Source of the DNA: Devosiaceae bacterium | Lineage (GTDB): Bacteria > Pseudomonadota > Alphaproteobacteria > Rhizobiales > Devosiaceae | Reading direction: 5' to 3' | Assembly: GCA_963676075.2 (NCBI GenBank) | Contig: CAXXNZ010000024.1 | Coordinates: 32,198 to 96,197 of the forward strand | Length of the DNA: 64,000 nucleotides | Shown here: positions 9,763-19,847 of the stretch, piece after piece | How positions within the stretch are numbered: the first letter of the stretch is position 1 | How the letters are laid out: every line of letters starts with the position of its first letter | Made by a program: the position numbers and the translations under genes | The notes under the pieces: generated by a model | The model's input: only the letters and a program-made list of their open reading frames with translations | The model's database searches: none | What the model was told of the DNA's origin: nothing

Positions 9763-10821
9763 ATGACCGTCTCGCTCACAATCGATAACGTTTCAGCCCA
9801 ATACGGCAGCACACGGGTGCTGGAAGATCTGTCGCTCAAGGTGGCCGAAGGTGAACTGGTTTCGCTGCTCGGCGCCTCCGGATGCGGCAAGACAACAACG
9901 CTCAGGGCTGTCGCCGGCTTCCTGCAACCGACGGCGGGCACGATCCGCCTTGGCGACCGCGACATCACCCATGTGCCGGCCCATGCCCGCAACATCGGCC
10001 TGGTCTTTCAGACCTATGCCCTGTTCCCGCATCTGTCGACGCTCGACAACGTCGCCTTCGGATTGCGGCAACGCGGCGTAGCCAAGGCTGAGCGCCACAA
10101 ACGTGCCCATGAGATGATCGAACGGGTCGGGCTCAAAGGCTTCGCCGATCGCTATCCCGGCAATCTGTCCGGCGGCCAACGTCAGCGCGTCGCTCTGGCC
10201 CGCGCCCTTGTCATCGAACCGCCTCTGCTGATGTTCGACGAACCACTTTCCAATCTCGACGCCAAGCTCAGGATCGACATGCGCGTCGAAATCCGCCGCA
10301 TGCAGCGGGCGGGCGGCACCACGGCGCTCTATGTCACCCATGACCAGGAAGAGGCGTTTTCGATTTCCGACCGCGTCGCCATCATGAACCAGGGCCGGAT
10401 CATGCAGCTCGATGTGCCGGAAGTGCTCTATTCGCGGCCAGCCAACGCCTTCGTCGCCGATTTCGTCGGCTTCGTGAACATGATCCCGATGCAGGCAGGT
10501 GGCGAGGACGACAAGGGCACGATCGCAAAGATGCAGGGCGGCGCCAGCCTGCATCTGTCGAAAGCCGATTTCACAGTGCCCGGCAAGGATTTCGTGCTCG
10601 CAACACGCCCGGAAGGATTGAGCGTCGCGCTTGAAGGCGATGGCATTCCGGCACAACTTGGCCTCAGGACCTATCTCGGCCGCGCCTATCAATATCGCTG
10701 CACCACTGCTGCCGGCGAGGTCATCGCCAACGGTCCGCTCTCCGAGCCGCTCGAACCGGGAACCAATGTGGTTCTGGTCCCACAGCCCGACCAGTGCTGC
10801 CTGCTGCCGGCCGAATCCTGA
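9763..10821 (+). CDS. ABC transporter ATP-binding protein (PotA/MalK-like)
   Basis: Walker A GASGCGKTT, signature LSGGQRQRVALARAL, Walker B LLMFDEP, and a C-terminal TOBE-like domain. Confidence 0.9.
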   Translation: MTVSLTIDNVSAQYGSTRVLEDLSLKVAEGELVSLLGASGCGKTTTLRAVAGFLQPTAGTIRLGDRDITHVPAHARNIGLVFQTYALFPHLSTLDNVAFGLRQRGVAKAERHKRAHEMIERVGLKGFADRYPGNLSGGQRQRVALARALVIEPPLLMFDEPLSNLDAKLRIDMRVEIRRMQRAGGTTALYVTHDQEEAFSISDRVAIMNQGRIMQLDVPEVLYSRPANAFVADFVGFVNMIPMQAGGEDDKGTIAKMQGGASLHLSKADFTVPGKDFVLATRPEGLSVALEGDGIPAQLGLRTYLGRAYQYRCTTAAGEVIANGPLSEPLEPGTNVVLVPQPDQCCLLPAES

Positions 10822-12144
10822 TGACGATTACCCTGACCAATGCCCGCATCCTGACCATGGACGCCGGGCTGACCGAATTCGCCACTGGCTGGATCCGCAT
10901 TGAAGGCGACCGCATCGCGGCGCTCGGGGCTGGCGCGCCGCCCGAGGGCACGGGCGAGGTGATCGACATGGGCGGCGATCTGATCATGCCCGGCATGGTC
11001 AATCCGCACTGCCACATGACGATGACGCTGTTCCGTGGCCTTGGCGAGGATGTCGACGACCGGCTGTTCCGCTATGTGCTGCCGCTGGAGCGCCAATGCA
11101 TCACGCCGGAAACGGTTGAGATTGGCACGCGTCTGGCGGCGCTGGAGCTGATCCGCGCCGGTGTCACCACCGTCGCCGACATGTACTATTTCGAAACCAC
11201 TGTCGGCAACGTCGTCGCCGAAGCGGGCATGCGTGGCGTCGTCGGCCAGACGCTGGCGGACTTTTCGGCGCTCTGACCACAAGAGCTTCGACGAGGCGTT
11301 TGCCCTGACCGAGGAACTGGCCGAGACCTTCGCCGGCCATCCGCTGGTCACCGCGTCGATCGCGCCACATGCCCCCTATTCCACCGATATCCCCGTGATG
11401 GCGCGGATTGCAGAATGGTCGGATGCCCACCCGGATGTGCCGGTACAGCTGCACATGGCCGAAATGGTCAGCGAGAACGAATGGGCCGAACGCACCCACG
11501 GCATGCGCCCGGTTCAGGTGGTCGACAAGGCCGGCCTGCTCAAGCCCGGCCTGATTGCCGCCCATTGCCTGTTCGTCAGCGAAGACGACATGGACCGCAT
11601 GGCGGCTGAGGACGTTCGCGTCGCGCACAATGCCCGTTCGAATGCCAAGGCCGGACGCGGCATCGCGCCGGTCGAAGCGATGCGGCAGCGCGGCATCCCC
11701 GTCGGCATCGCGACCGATGGCCCGATGAGCGGCAACACACTCGATCTGTTCGCCCAGTTCGGACCGGTGACCATGTTCCAGAAGCTCCTCGGGAACTCCC
11801 GCAAGCCGATGCCGGCCGTCGAGGTCATCCGCATGGCGACGCTCGAAGGCGCCAAAGTGCTGGGCATGGACAGCCGGATCGGTTCGCTCGAACCCGGCAA
11901 ACAGGCCGACCTGATCAGGATCTCGCTCGACGATCCACGGGTTCAACCGGTCTACGACGTCTATGCGACCCTGGTTTTCGCGGCGATGCCTAGCGATGTC
12001 CGCGACGTCATGGTCGCCGGCAAGTGGCTGATGCGCGACCGCGCGGTCACGACGCTGGAACAAGACAAGGTCGTTGCCGACGCGCTGCAGGTCGCCGCCG
12101 ATTTCAACGCCCGCATTCAAGAGATTGACCGGAAAAAAACATGA
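10821..12144 (+). pseudogene. amidohydrolase (chlorohydrolase / aminohydrolase family) with one +1 frameshift
   Basis: The N-terminal part, MTITLTNARILTMD...MPGMVNPHCHMTMT (metal-binding HxH), stops at TGA 11274-11276 inside GCGCTCTGACCAC. The rest (DHKSFDEAF...HMAE...ATDG...) is in track ORF 11161..12144. 1324 nt minus 1 = 441 codons. The start overlaps the upstream stop (TGATG). Confidence 0.75.
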
Positions 12145-13517
12145 CTACCGAAGACATCCTCGCCCATGTCGACAACACCATCGACGCGCGGCTCGCCCGT
12201 CTGTTCGACCTGATCCGCATCCCGTCGATCTCTACCGACCCGACCCGCGCCGAGGACTGCAAGCGCGCCGCCGAGTGGCTGGCTGCCGACCTCAGGTCGT
12301 TCGGCGCTGACGCTTCGCCGCGTGAGACCATCGGCCATCCGATGGTCGTCGGCCATATGCCCGGCGACGGCCCGCACGTGCTGTTTTACGGCCATTACGA
12401 CGTGCAGCCCGTCGATCCGCTCGACCTCTGGGACACCGATCCGTTCGAACCGGTTCTGAAGCCGGCCCCGAATGGTGATACCCATATCGTGGCGCGTGGT
12501 GCCTCAGACGATAAAGGCGCGCTGATGACCTTTGTCGAAGCTTGCCGGGCGTGGACGGAAGTGCGCGGCAAGCTGCCGATCTCGGTCAGCTTCCTGTTCG
12601 AGGGCGAAGAGGAAAGCGGCTCGCGCTCACTGGTCCCCTTCCTCGATGCAACGGCCAAAGAACTCAGCTGCGATACGGTTCTGGTCTGCGACACCGACAT
12701 GTGGGACCCGAAGACCCCGGCCGTCACCACCATGGTGCGCGGCTTCGTCGCCCAGGAAATCACCCTGACCGCCGCCGACCGCGACCTTCATTCCGGCATG
12801 TTCGGCAATGCGGCGCGCAATGCCGTGACGCTCTTGACCGATATCTTGACCTCACTGCGCGCGCCGGACGGCGGCGTCGCGGTCGAGGGCTTTTACGATG
12901 GCGTCACCGAACTGCCCCAGGAGGTGAAGGACATCTGGGCACGCCTGCCCTTCGACGGAGATGCCTTTCTCAACAATATCGGCTTGAAGGTCCCGGCGGG
13001 AGAGGCGGACCGGAGCGTTCTCGAACAGATCTGGGCGCGGCCGGCCTGCGATATCAACGGCATCTGGGGCGGTTATACCGAACCCGGATTCAAGGCGGCG
13101 ATCCCCGCCAAGGCACACGCCAAGCTCTCCTTCCGGCTCGTTGCCGGTCAGGATCCGCAAAAGATCCGCGACGCTTTCCGCGCCCATGTACTCGCACGCC
13201 TGCCCGAAGACTGCTCGGTGGAATTCGCCGATCACGGCCTCGCACCCGCCGTCTCAATGCCGACCGACAGCAAGTGGCTCAAGGCAACGCTCGCCGGCAT
13301 TGCCGATGAATGGGGCGACGCCGCCATTGCCGGCACCGGCGGCTCGATCCCGATCATTGCCGCCTTGCAGAAATATCTCGGCGCCGATGCCCTGCTGGTC
13401 GGTTTCGCCAATTTCGACAACCGCATTCACTCTCCGAACGAGAAATACGACCTGTCGAGCTATCACAAGGGCATACGCTCCTGGGTGCGGATCCTCGAAA
13501 AGCTCGCCGCGGCATGA
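12141..13517 (+). CDS. M20 family metallopeptidase / dipeptidase (ArgE/DapE/ACY1 family)
   Basis: 458-aa ORF with HYDVQP, ARGASDDKG and FEGEEESGS motifs typical of M20 enzymes. Starts are overlapped on both sides. Confidence 0.8.
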   Translation: MTTEDILAHVDNTIDARLARLFDLIRIPSISTDPTRAEDCKRAAEWLAADLRSFGADASPRETIGHPMVVGHMPGDGPHVLFYGHYDVQPVDPLDLWDTDPFEPVLKPAPNGDTHIVARGASDDKGALMTFVEACRAWTEVRGKLPISVSFLFEGEEESGSRSLVPFLDATAKELSCDTVLVCDTDMWDPKTPAVTTMVRGFVAQEITLTAADRDLHSGMFGNAARNAVTLLTDILTSLRAPDGGVAVEGFYDGVTELPQEVKDIWARLPFDGDAFLNNIGLKVPAGEADRSVLEQIWARPACDINGIWGGYTEPGFKAAIPAKAHAKLSFRLVAGQDPQKIRDAFRAHVLARLPEDCSVEFADHGLAPAVSMPTDSKWLKATLAGIADEWGDAAIAGTGGSIPIIAALQKYLGADALLVGFANFDNRIHSPNEKYDLSSYHKGIRSWVRILEKLAAA

Positions 13518-14410
13518 CCCGGCGCGTCATCATCGACACCGACCCAGGGATCGACGACGGAATCGCCATCCTGTTCGCGCTGGCGCACCCCGACCTTGAT
13601 GTTGCCGCCATCACCACGGTGGCCGGCAATATCGGCATCGAAACGACGACGCGCAATGCCTTGCGCATCCTGGCGCTGGCCGACAAAAGCGTTCCGGTCC
13701 ATGCCGGTGCCGCAACGCCGCTGATCCGTCGGCCAGCTGATGAAGTTCGCATCCATGGCACGGACGGATTGGGCGGCGTCAGTTTTCCGGAGCCGCAGGA
13801 AGCGGCTTCCGAGGAACCGGCCCATGAGGCGCTGATCCGTATGCTGACCGATGCCCCTGCCGGCACGATCGACATTCTGGCGCTGGCTCCGATGACCAAT
13901 ATTGCCCGCCTCGTCAGGGAAGCACCTGACGTGGCGCATCGCATCGGTCGCCTGATCGCCATGGGCGGCGCCGTGCGCGAGCCGGGCAACGTCGGGCCGC
14001 GCTCGGAATTCAACATCGCACATGATCCTGAGGCAGCCGAAATCGTCTTCTCCGCCGGCCTGCCCCTGACGCTGATCCCGCTCGACGTGACCCGCAAGGT
14101 GCGCGCCGACGCCAGCTATCTTTCGCGTCTCACGGCGCTCGGCACGCCTCAGGCCTATGCCTGCCGCGACCTGATCGCCGCCTATTTCGATGCCACGAAG
14201 GGCAGCGCCAGCCGCCCGCTGCACGACCCATGTGTACCACTGCTGGCCTTGCGTCCCGACCTGTTCACCACTGAAACGCTATCCGTCTCAGTCAATCTCG
14301 ATAAAGGTGACCTGGCAGGAACAATCGAAGACGGCACGCATGCGACCGATATCGCCATGGGCGTCGACGCCCCGGCAGTGCTGGACCTGTTGGCAGAAAC
14401 GCTCGGCTAG
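13514..14410 (+). CDS. nucleoside hydrolase
   Basis: ATG 13514 overlaps the upstream TGA (ATGA). The N-terminal signature is VIIDTDPGIDDGIAILFAL. Confidence 0.85.
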   Translation: MTRRVIIDTDPGIDDGIAILFALAHPDLDVAAITTVAGNIGIETTTRNALRILALADKSVPVHAGAATPLIRRPADEVRIHGTDGLGGVSFPEPQEAASEEPAHEALIRMLTDAPAGTIDILALAPMTNIARLVREAPDVAHRIGRLIAMGGAVREPGNVGPRSEFNIAHDPEAAEIVFSAGLPLTLIPLDVTRKVRADASYLSRLTALGTPQAYACRDLIAAYFDATKGSASRPLHDPCVPLLALRPDLFTTETLSVSVNLDKGDLAGTIEDGTHATDIAMGVDAPAVLDLLAETLG

Positions 14411-14512
14411 ATCTTTTCACTGTTTCACGGAAACACTGAAACGACCTAATCTATTGTTTTATCGCATTTTCAAACCGCAAAACCGGTCCCCACTTTTGCT
14501 GAAAATGCTCTA
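14411..14512. repeat. dispersed intergenic repeat, copy A (full length)
   Basis: By eye it aligns at roughly three quarters identity with 27887-27998. Its first 40 bp also align with 45964-46003. It fills the gap between two convergent genes. Confidence 0.5.
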
Positions 14513-15667
14513 ATTACCGAGCTCTCCACGCACCACTTCGCACCAGTAGCGTACGCCATACGGAATGGCGTCGTCGTTGAAGTCATAGCCGGTGTTGTGA
14601 TGAAGGGCGTTTTCCGTCGCCGGACCATTGCCGAGCCAGACGTAGCACCCCGGCGCTTCGGCAGCTAAATCGGCAAAATCGTCACCGGCTGTCGAGGGTG
14701 GGAATGCGGTCAACACCTTGTCTTCTCCAACGGCGCGTTGCGCTGCTGCCTGCGCAACAGCGGTCGGTGCGGCAGCGTTGACCACCGGCGGAATACGGCG
14801 GGTAAAGCTATAATCGGCGCTGATGCCGAACGCTTCGGCGGCGCCACGGGCCAGCCGGCCAATGGCACGTTCCAGCAGGTCGCGAACTTCCGGGGTATAG
14901 GCGCGCGCGGTGCCACCGATCTCGACAAAATCGGGAATGACGTTCAGCGCCGCGAAGTCCCCTGCCCTGATGGCGCAGGCCGACACCACCGCCGGCTGCA
15001 GCGGATCGACCTCGCGGGCGACGATAGTGTGGAGCATCGACAGGAACTGGCCCGATGCGGCGACGGCGTCGCGGCCGAGATGCGGCTTGGCGCCATGGGT
15101 GCCGATGCCGCGAAAGGTGACCATCCAACTGTCTGACGAGGCGAGCTGCGGTCCCTCGACGGCGGCAATCTGGTCGACCGCAAGACCGGGCATGTTGTGC
15201 AAACCGTAAACGGCATCGACCGGAAAACGTTTGAACAATCCGTCCCTGACCATGGCCGCTGCACCACCGCGTCCTTCTTCCGCTGGCTGGAAGATAAAAT
15301 GCACCGTGCCGGAGAAATCGCGCGTCTCGGCAAGTTGCGCCGCCGCACCGAGCAGCATGGTCGTGTGGCCGTCATGACCGCAAGCATGCATCTTGCCATC
15401 GCTCAGCGAACGCCAAGGCGGCGTGCCGGTTTCGGGCATGGCAAGCGCATCCATGTCGGCGCGGAGCGCAATAGCCCGGTTGCCGTCACCCACCCGCAGC
15501 GTGCCGACCACGCCCGTCCCGCCAAACCCGCGCGTCACCTCGAGTCCGAGCCTTTCAAGCCGCTCGGCGACGATGGCGCTGGTGCGCACCTCCTCGAAGC
15601 CCAGTTCGGGATGGGCGTGAAGGTCGCGTCTCAGGGCAACCAGATCGGTCAAAAATTGTTCGTTCAT
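14510..15667 (-). CDS. M20 family amidohydrolase (hippurate hydrolase / N-acyl-amino-acid amidohydrolase-like)
   Basis: Track ORF 14510..15700. The likely start is ATG 15667 (MNEQFLTDLVALRRDLHAHPELGFEE). It has the MHACGHDGH motif. Confidence 0.8.
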   Translation of the reverse strand: MNEQFLTDLVALRRDLHAHPELGFEEVRTSAIVAERLERLGLEVTRGFGGTGVVGTLRVGDGNRAIALRADMDALAMPETGTPPWRSLSDGKMHACGHDGHTTMLLGAAAQLAETRDFSGTVHFIFQPAEEGRGGAAAMVRDGLFKRFPVDAVYGLHNMPGLAVDQIAAVEGPQLASSDSWMVTFRGIGTHGAKPHLGRDAVAASGQFLSMLHTIVAREVDPLQPAVVSACAIRAGDFAALNVIPDFVEIGGTARAYTPEVRDLLERAIGRLARGAAEAFGISADYSFTRRIPPVVNAAAPTAVAQAAAQRAVGEDKVLTAFPPSTAGDDFADLAAEAPGCYVWLGNGPATENALHHNTGYDFNDDAIPYGVRYWCEVVRGELGN

Positions 15668-15735
15668 CTCCGTCCCCGGATTGCCTGACGCACAATTCAC
15701 CCTATGGTGCGCGTCTCGCTCTGGAAGGCCCGCTC

Positions 15736-16416
15736 ATGCATATCGATCCGCACGATTTCTGGCAGGTTCTGTTTGCGCCCGGTGACGTGGAAGAAGGCGT
15801 GCTTGCCGGCGGAAACGGCTATGCCGCGGCCCTCCCTGACGGGCGCAGAATCATATTGCCGCTCCGCATCCTGCCGGGCAACAGCGAAAGGGCCGTTGCC
15901 TCGCTAATCGTCAATCAGGCAAGCTTCGCAGTGCTCGATGCGCTGGCCGACGCCCTAGCCGAAACGCTTGGTCCGGAACGCCCGGATGTCGTTGTCTCGG
16001 TGCCGACGCTCGGTCTGCCGCTGGCCGAAGGCGTGGCCCGGCGGCTTGGCCATGCCCGCAAGGTCGCGCTCTCGACCAGCCGTAAGTTCTGGTACGACGA
16101 GGCGCTGTCTGAACCGCTCAAATCCATCACCACGCCCGATCAGGCAAAGCGCATCTATCTCGATCCGCGCATGCTGCCGCTGCTGGCCGGCAAGCGGATT
16201 GTGGTTATCGACGATGTCATCAGCTCGGGCTCGTCCATGCGCTCGGTCCTGCGTCTTCTTGAAACAGCGGGTGCCGAACCGGTCGCCATCGGCGTCGCCA
16301 TGCTTCAGGGCGAGGTCTGGCAAAACAACCTGGCCGAGGATGTGCACTGCCCGATTCATGGCGTGCTGAGAACGCCGATTCTTGCCCGATCGGGAACCAC
16401 GTGGCGCGCAACCTGA
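15736..16416 (+). CDS. phosphoribosyltransferase family protein
   Basis: 226-aa ORF with the PRPP-binding loop RIVVIDDVISSGSSM. Confidence 0.7.
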   Translation: MHIDPHDFWQVLFAPGDVEEGVLAGGNGYAAALPDGRRIILPLRILPGNSERAVASLIVNQASFAVLDALADALAETLGPERPDVVVSVPTLGLPLAEGVARRLGHARKVALSTSRKFWYDEALSEPLKSITTPDQAKRIYLDPRMLPLLAGKRIVVIDDVISSGSSMRSVLRLLETAGAEPVAIGVAMLQGEVWQNNLAEDVHCPIHGVLRTPILARSGTTWRAT

Positions 16417-16478
16417 CCGGTTTTGAGGTCACTCAAGCGAGACATGATACGGGATACATACCTGCATTTATGATTTGG

Positions 16479-16512
16479 AAAAAAGATGGGCGCACTCGGT
16501 CAGAGCACGCCC
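16479..16512 (-). terminator. rho-independent terminator of abfA (also at 52079-52112)
   Basis: The minus strand reads GGGCGTGCTC-TGACC-GAGTGCGCCC (10-bp stem including two G-U pairs) followed by ATCTTTTTT. Confidence 0.5.
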
Positions 16513-16539
16513 AGTGCAGGTGGGAGGTATCTGGTGGGA

Positions 16540-18051
16540 TCAGGCCTTCAGCCGGATCACCTGATACGAGTAGGCCGGCAGCTCGAGGCTGACGGTTCCG
16601 CCCTCGACCGAGGCGCCCTGGCCGTCGCACGGGGCAACTTCTTCAGGCTTTTCCGGTGAGTTGACCGCTTCGAGATCGGGATGGGTCATCACCTTGTGTT
16701 CGATGATGCGCGCCGCGTCAAAGCCCTGCAGCGCGACGTCGAGCACGATGGCCTCGCTCGGATGGCGGTTGACGATGAACAGCGTCAACGTGCCGTCTTC
16801 CGCATTGTGCACCGCCGAGGCGTCGACATAGGGCACATTGTCGCCATGCTCGCAATCATAGCCCGGGCTGTTAACGTTGAGACGCAGAGCCGTGCCCCGG
16901 CCATAAATCGAGGCGTAGTAATAGGGGTAGTAGATGGTCTGCTTCCACGCCGGACCGCCCTTGACGGTCATGATCGGCGCGATGACGTTCACCAGCTGGG
17001 CGATGGCGGCGATCTTGACCACATCCGAACGCCGGATGAAGGTGTTGAGCGCCAGCCCGACCATCAGCACGTCTTCGAAGTTGTAGATGTCCTCAAGCAG
17101 ACCCGGCGCATGCGGCCAGCCGTCATTGCCCTCGAGGATCTTCCTGTCCTGCTCGTTCGAGTGGTACCACACGTTCCATTCGTCGAACGAGATGTAGACG
17201 TTCTTGTTGGAGCGCTTCTTGGCCTTCACATAATCGATCGTGCTGGCGACCGTGCCGATATAGCGATCCAGTTTCTCGTTCAATGCCAGGAAGTTGGCCG
17301 TGTTCTTCTCCGGATTGCGGAAGTACATGTGCAGTGAGATGTAATCGACGTTCTCGTAGGACTGGTCCAGCACCGTCGCTTCCCAGTCCGGATAGCTCGG
17401 CATGTCGGCATGCGAAGACCCGCACACCACAAGTTCGAGGTTCCTGTCGAAGGCCCTGACCGCCTTGGCGGTCTCGTTGGCCAGATGGCCATATTCGGCG
17501 GCGGACTTGTGACCGACCTGCCAGGGACCGTCCATCTCGTTGCCCAGCGCCCAGAGCTTGACGTTCCACGGGTCCTTGCGGCCGTTCTTCTTCCTGAGAT
17601 CCGACCAGTACGACCCGCCGGGATGATTGACGTATTCGATGAAGCTGCGCGCCTCGTCGAGCCCGCGTGAGCCAAGGTTCAACGCCAGCATCATCTCGGT
17701 GCCGACGCTGTCGGCCCAGTCGGCGAACTCGTGGATGCCGACCTCGTTGGATTCCGAGGTGTGCCAGGCCAGATCGAGCCGGGTCGGACGCTGGTCCTTG
17801 GGACCAACCCCGTCTTCCCAGTTGTAGGCGGAAACGAAATTGCCGCCCGGATAACGCACGATCGGCACATTGAGCGCCTTGACCATGTCGATCACGTCGC
17901 CGCGCATGCCATTGGCATCGGCGGTTGGATGGCCGGGCTCGTAGATGCCGGTATAGATCGCCCGCCCCAGGTGCTCGAGAAAAGCACCGTAGAGCCTCTT
18001 GTCGATCTCGGCGATGGTGAAATCCTTATGCGCCGTGATGGTCGCGCGCAT
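16540..18051 (-). CDS. abfA: alpha-L-arabinofuranosidase, GH51
   Basis: 503-aa ORF of typical GH51 length with family motifs (VRYPGGNFVS, WALGNEMDGPWQ, ISFDEWNVW). Confidence 0.9.
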   Translation of the reverse strand: MRATITAHKDFTIAEIDKRLYGAFLEHLGRAIYTGIYEPGHPTADANGMRGDVIDMVKALNVPIVRYPGGNFVSAYNWEDGVGPKDQRPTRLDLAWHTSESNEVGIHEFADWADSVGTEMMLALNLGSRGLDEARSFIEYVNHPGGSYWSDLRKKNGRKDPWNVKLWALGNEMDGPWQVGHKSAAEYGHLANETAKAVRAFDRNLELVVCGSSHADMPSYPDWEATVLDQSYENVDYISLHMYFRNPEKNTANFLALNEKLDRYIGTVASTIDYVKAKKRSNKNVYISFDEWNVWYHSNEQDRKILEGNDGWPHAPGLLEDIYNFEDVLMVGLALNTFIRRSDVVKIAAIAQLVNVIAPIMTVKGGPAWKQTIYYPYYYASIYGRGTALRLNVNSPGYDCEHGDNVPYVDASAVHNAEDGTLTLFIVNRHPSEAIVLDVALQGFDAARIIEHKVMTHPDLEAVNSPEKPEEVAPCDGQGASVEGGTVSLELPAYSYQVIRLKA

Positions 18052-18104
18052 GGCTCCCTCCCCTAAAAAGCAATATTATTGGTCTGTACCTGTTCCTCGG
18101 ATAC

Positions 18105-18133
18105 ATATGAGCGCGACAAACCCCACCCGTCAA
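18105..18133 (-). promoter_or_regulatory. sigma-70-like promoter for abfA (also at 53705-53733)
   Basis: The minus strand reads TTGACG (18133-18128), a 17-nt spacer, then TCATAT (18110-18105). This resembles the alphaproteobacterial CTTGAC-N17-CTATAT consensus. The 11-bp palindrome CAATA-N-TATTG at 18071-18081 lies between it and the RBS. Confidence 0.35.
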
Positions 18134-18148
18134 GACGCAATCAAACCC

Positions 18149-19102
18149 TCATCGCTGCTGGTACAACCGCAAAACAATGTCCTGGTCGTAGTTCCCAAAT
18201 CCTCGGCCGAAGATGTTGATGCCGCCCGGGTGCTTGGCGTCTTCATGCACGCCGATTCTCAGACGGATGGATTGGTGGTCGTTCAGGTTGAGGTCGGCGA
18301 GGGTGACATCGGAGATGCGAACGCCGTCGACATAGGAGCCGTTCTGGCCGATGCGCCAGGTTTTCAGCTTGCCGTATTGCGAGCCTTTCAGCTTCCACCA
18401 GTCGGGCGTGTAAACCCCGCGCTTGTCGCCGAAATCGCCTGGCGAGGTCCAGGTGCCGACATCGACGCCATTGACGCCGAGCGCAATGTCCGAAGGCCAG
18501 TCGGCGCTGGTGCCCGGCACTTCCGAACTCAATTCGAGACTAAACTCGATGGCGCTCAGCGTGTCGACCGAATGCCGGGCCGTGTTGGGGAACTGGTACT
18601 CGACAAAGCCGCGCGTGAACCACAACAGCCCGGCCTTCATGCGATCCGGATCGAGGAAGGCGTCGGGAACATCGAGCAGCCCGACAATGCCGTCCGGCGT
18701 GCAAAGCCCGCACGGTGCCGCCACTTCGAAACTCGAAAACAGTCCGATCGGCATCGCCACCTCGATGCCGTCGTTGCGCGTACCCTCGAGATCGTCGCGG
18801 AAAGCGACGAGGATTTCGTCATAGGTTGAATGGCAGATCTTCTGATTGCCCTTGCGCGCCTTCTGCAGCTCGGTGCGGATGAGACCAGCCTTTTCGAGCA
18901 GCGCGGCATTGGACGACGCGGTCGATTGCGGCAAGTCGAGCCGCGCCGCTATGTCGTTGATATTGAGTGGTCCTTCGGCATGAAGCAGCTGCAGCATGGC
19001 AATACGAACCGGCGACGCGAGCCCCTTGAGGACATCATTGTCTTCTTCCGGGTCAACCAAAAGAAAATTGCGTGCCAAACCGCCACACCAACCCCGATAC
19101 AC
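18149..19102 (-). CDS. ArsR-family (winged HTH) transcriptional regulator with a large C-terminal domain
   Basis: HTH region LKGLASPVRIAMLQLLHAEGPLNINDIAARLDLPQSTASSNAALLEKAGLI. The start is uncertain: GTG 19102 or TTG 19078, which would give MARNFLLVDPEE. Confidence 0.75.
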   Translation of the reverse strand: MYRGWCGGLARNFLLVDPEEDNDVLKGLASPVRIAMLQLLHAEGPLNINDIAARLDLPQSTASSNAALLEKAGLIRTELQKARKGNQKICHSTYDEILVAFRDDLEGTRNDGIEVAMPIGLFSSFEVAAPCGLCTPDGIVGLLDVPDAFLDPDRMKAGLLWFTRGFVEYQFPNTARHSVDTLSAIEFSLELSSEVPGTSADWPSDIALGVNGVDVGTWTSPGDFGDKRGVYTPDWWKLKGSQYGKLKTWRIGQNGSYVDGVRISDVTLADLNLNDHQSIRLRIGVHEDAKHPGGINIFGRGFGNYDQDIVLRLYQQR

Positions 19103-19454
19103 TTCAAGACAATGTGTGTATCAGGCATTTTGGTATAATCAAGAAAAACTGAAAATCCGCGCATGAAAGTGCCGTAACCGGCGAGGATACGGAGCGATCG
19201 GTCAGGTGACCACCTGGCCCCCTGCTGGACCGCTCACGGCGAAAAGTGTCGATCCGATCTCATTGACACATTTGCACCGGCCGACCGGGCGTCCCGGTCA
19301 TCGCCCCGGGACGCATTTCCCGCTTTTCATGAATACGCGCCGTGTGAACCTTGTCGCCACTGATCCATCAAACGGCAAGCTTCTGCTGCCGCAGACTGCG
19401 ACAACATATCGCCTTTCTGCGCGGGTCGACGGCCACTGACAGCAGGCGGAACGC

Positions 19455-19847
19455 TCAGCCGAGGGTCAGGAAGGTGGCGAGAAGATCGGTACGGGTCAAC
19501 ACGCCAACCAACTCGCCATTGCGCACCACCGGATAGGCGCGGAAAGGCTTGTTAATGAAGGCTTCGGCGGCGGTGACGAAATCGGTCTCGGCATCGAGCG
19601 TTTCAACGTCGGTGGTCATGTAGTCCTTGGCCGAACCGCGCCATTGCCGATAATAGCCGGCGTTCAGGGCCGAGCGGAAACAGTCCTTTTGCGTCAGCAC
19701 GCCGACGATGGAGCCGGTGTCGTCAAGAACGGGCGCGATCTGGCTCCTCGCCTTGACCAAAGCCGCGACGGCGTCGCGGATCGGCATGTCGGGGCCGAGA
19801 CGCACGATGTCCTTCTGCATGACCGAGTCGATGCGTTCTTCAGTCAT
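19455..19847 (-). CDS. CBS domain-containing protein
   Basis: 130-aa ORF with two CBS-like repeats (VMQKDIVRLGPDMPIRDAVAAL..., DYMTTDVETLDAETDFVTAAEAF...). Its start overlaps the nqrM-like stop by 8 nt. Confidence 0.8.
   Translation of the reverse strand: MTEERIDSVMQKDIVRLGPDMPIRDAVAALVKARSQIAPVLDDTGSIVGVLTQKDCFRSALNAGYYRQWRGSAKDYMTTDVETLDAETDFVTAAEAFINKPFRAYPVVRNGELVGVLTRTDLLATFLTLG

Larger units (their letters stand above)
16442..18212. repeat. 1,771-bp direct repeat, copy 1 (abfA plus flanks)
   Basis: In every line I compared, it matches 52042-53812 base for base at a constant offset of 35,600. The encoded 503-aa proteins are identical in the track. The only difference seen is 18200 T versus 53800 G. 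Confidence 0.95.

Noticed and set aside
16442-18212. The repeat as an insertion sequence or other mobile element.
   Set aside because: It encodes only a glycoside hydrolase. It has no terminal inverted repeats, no transposase, and no target-site duplication at its ends.
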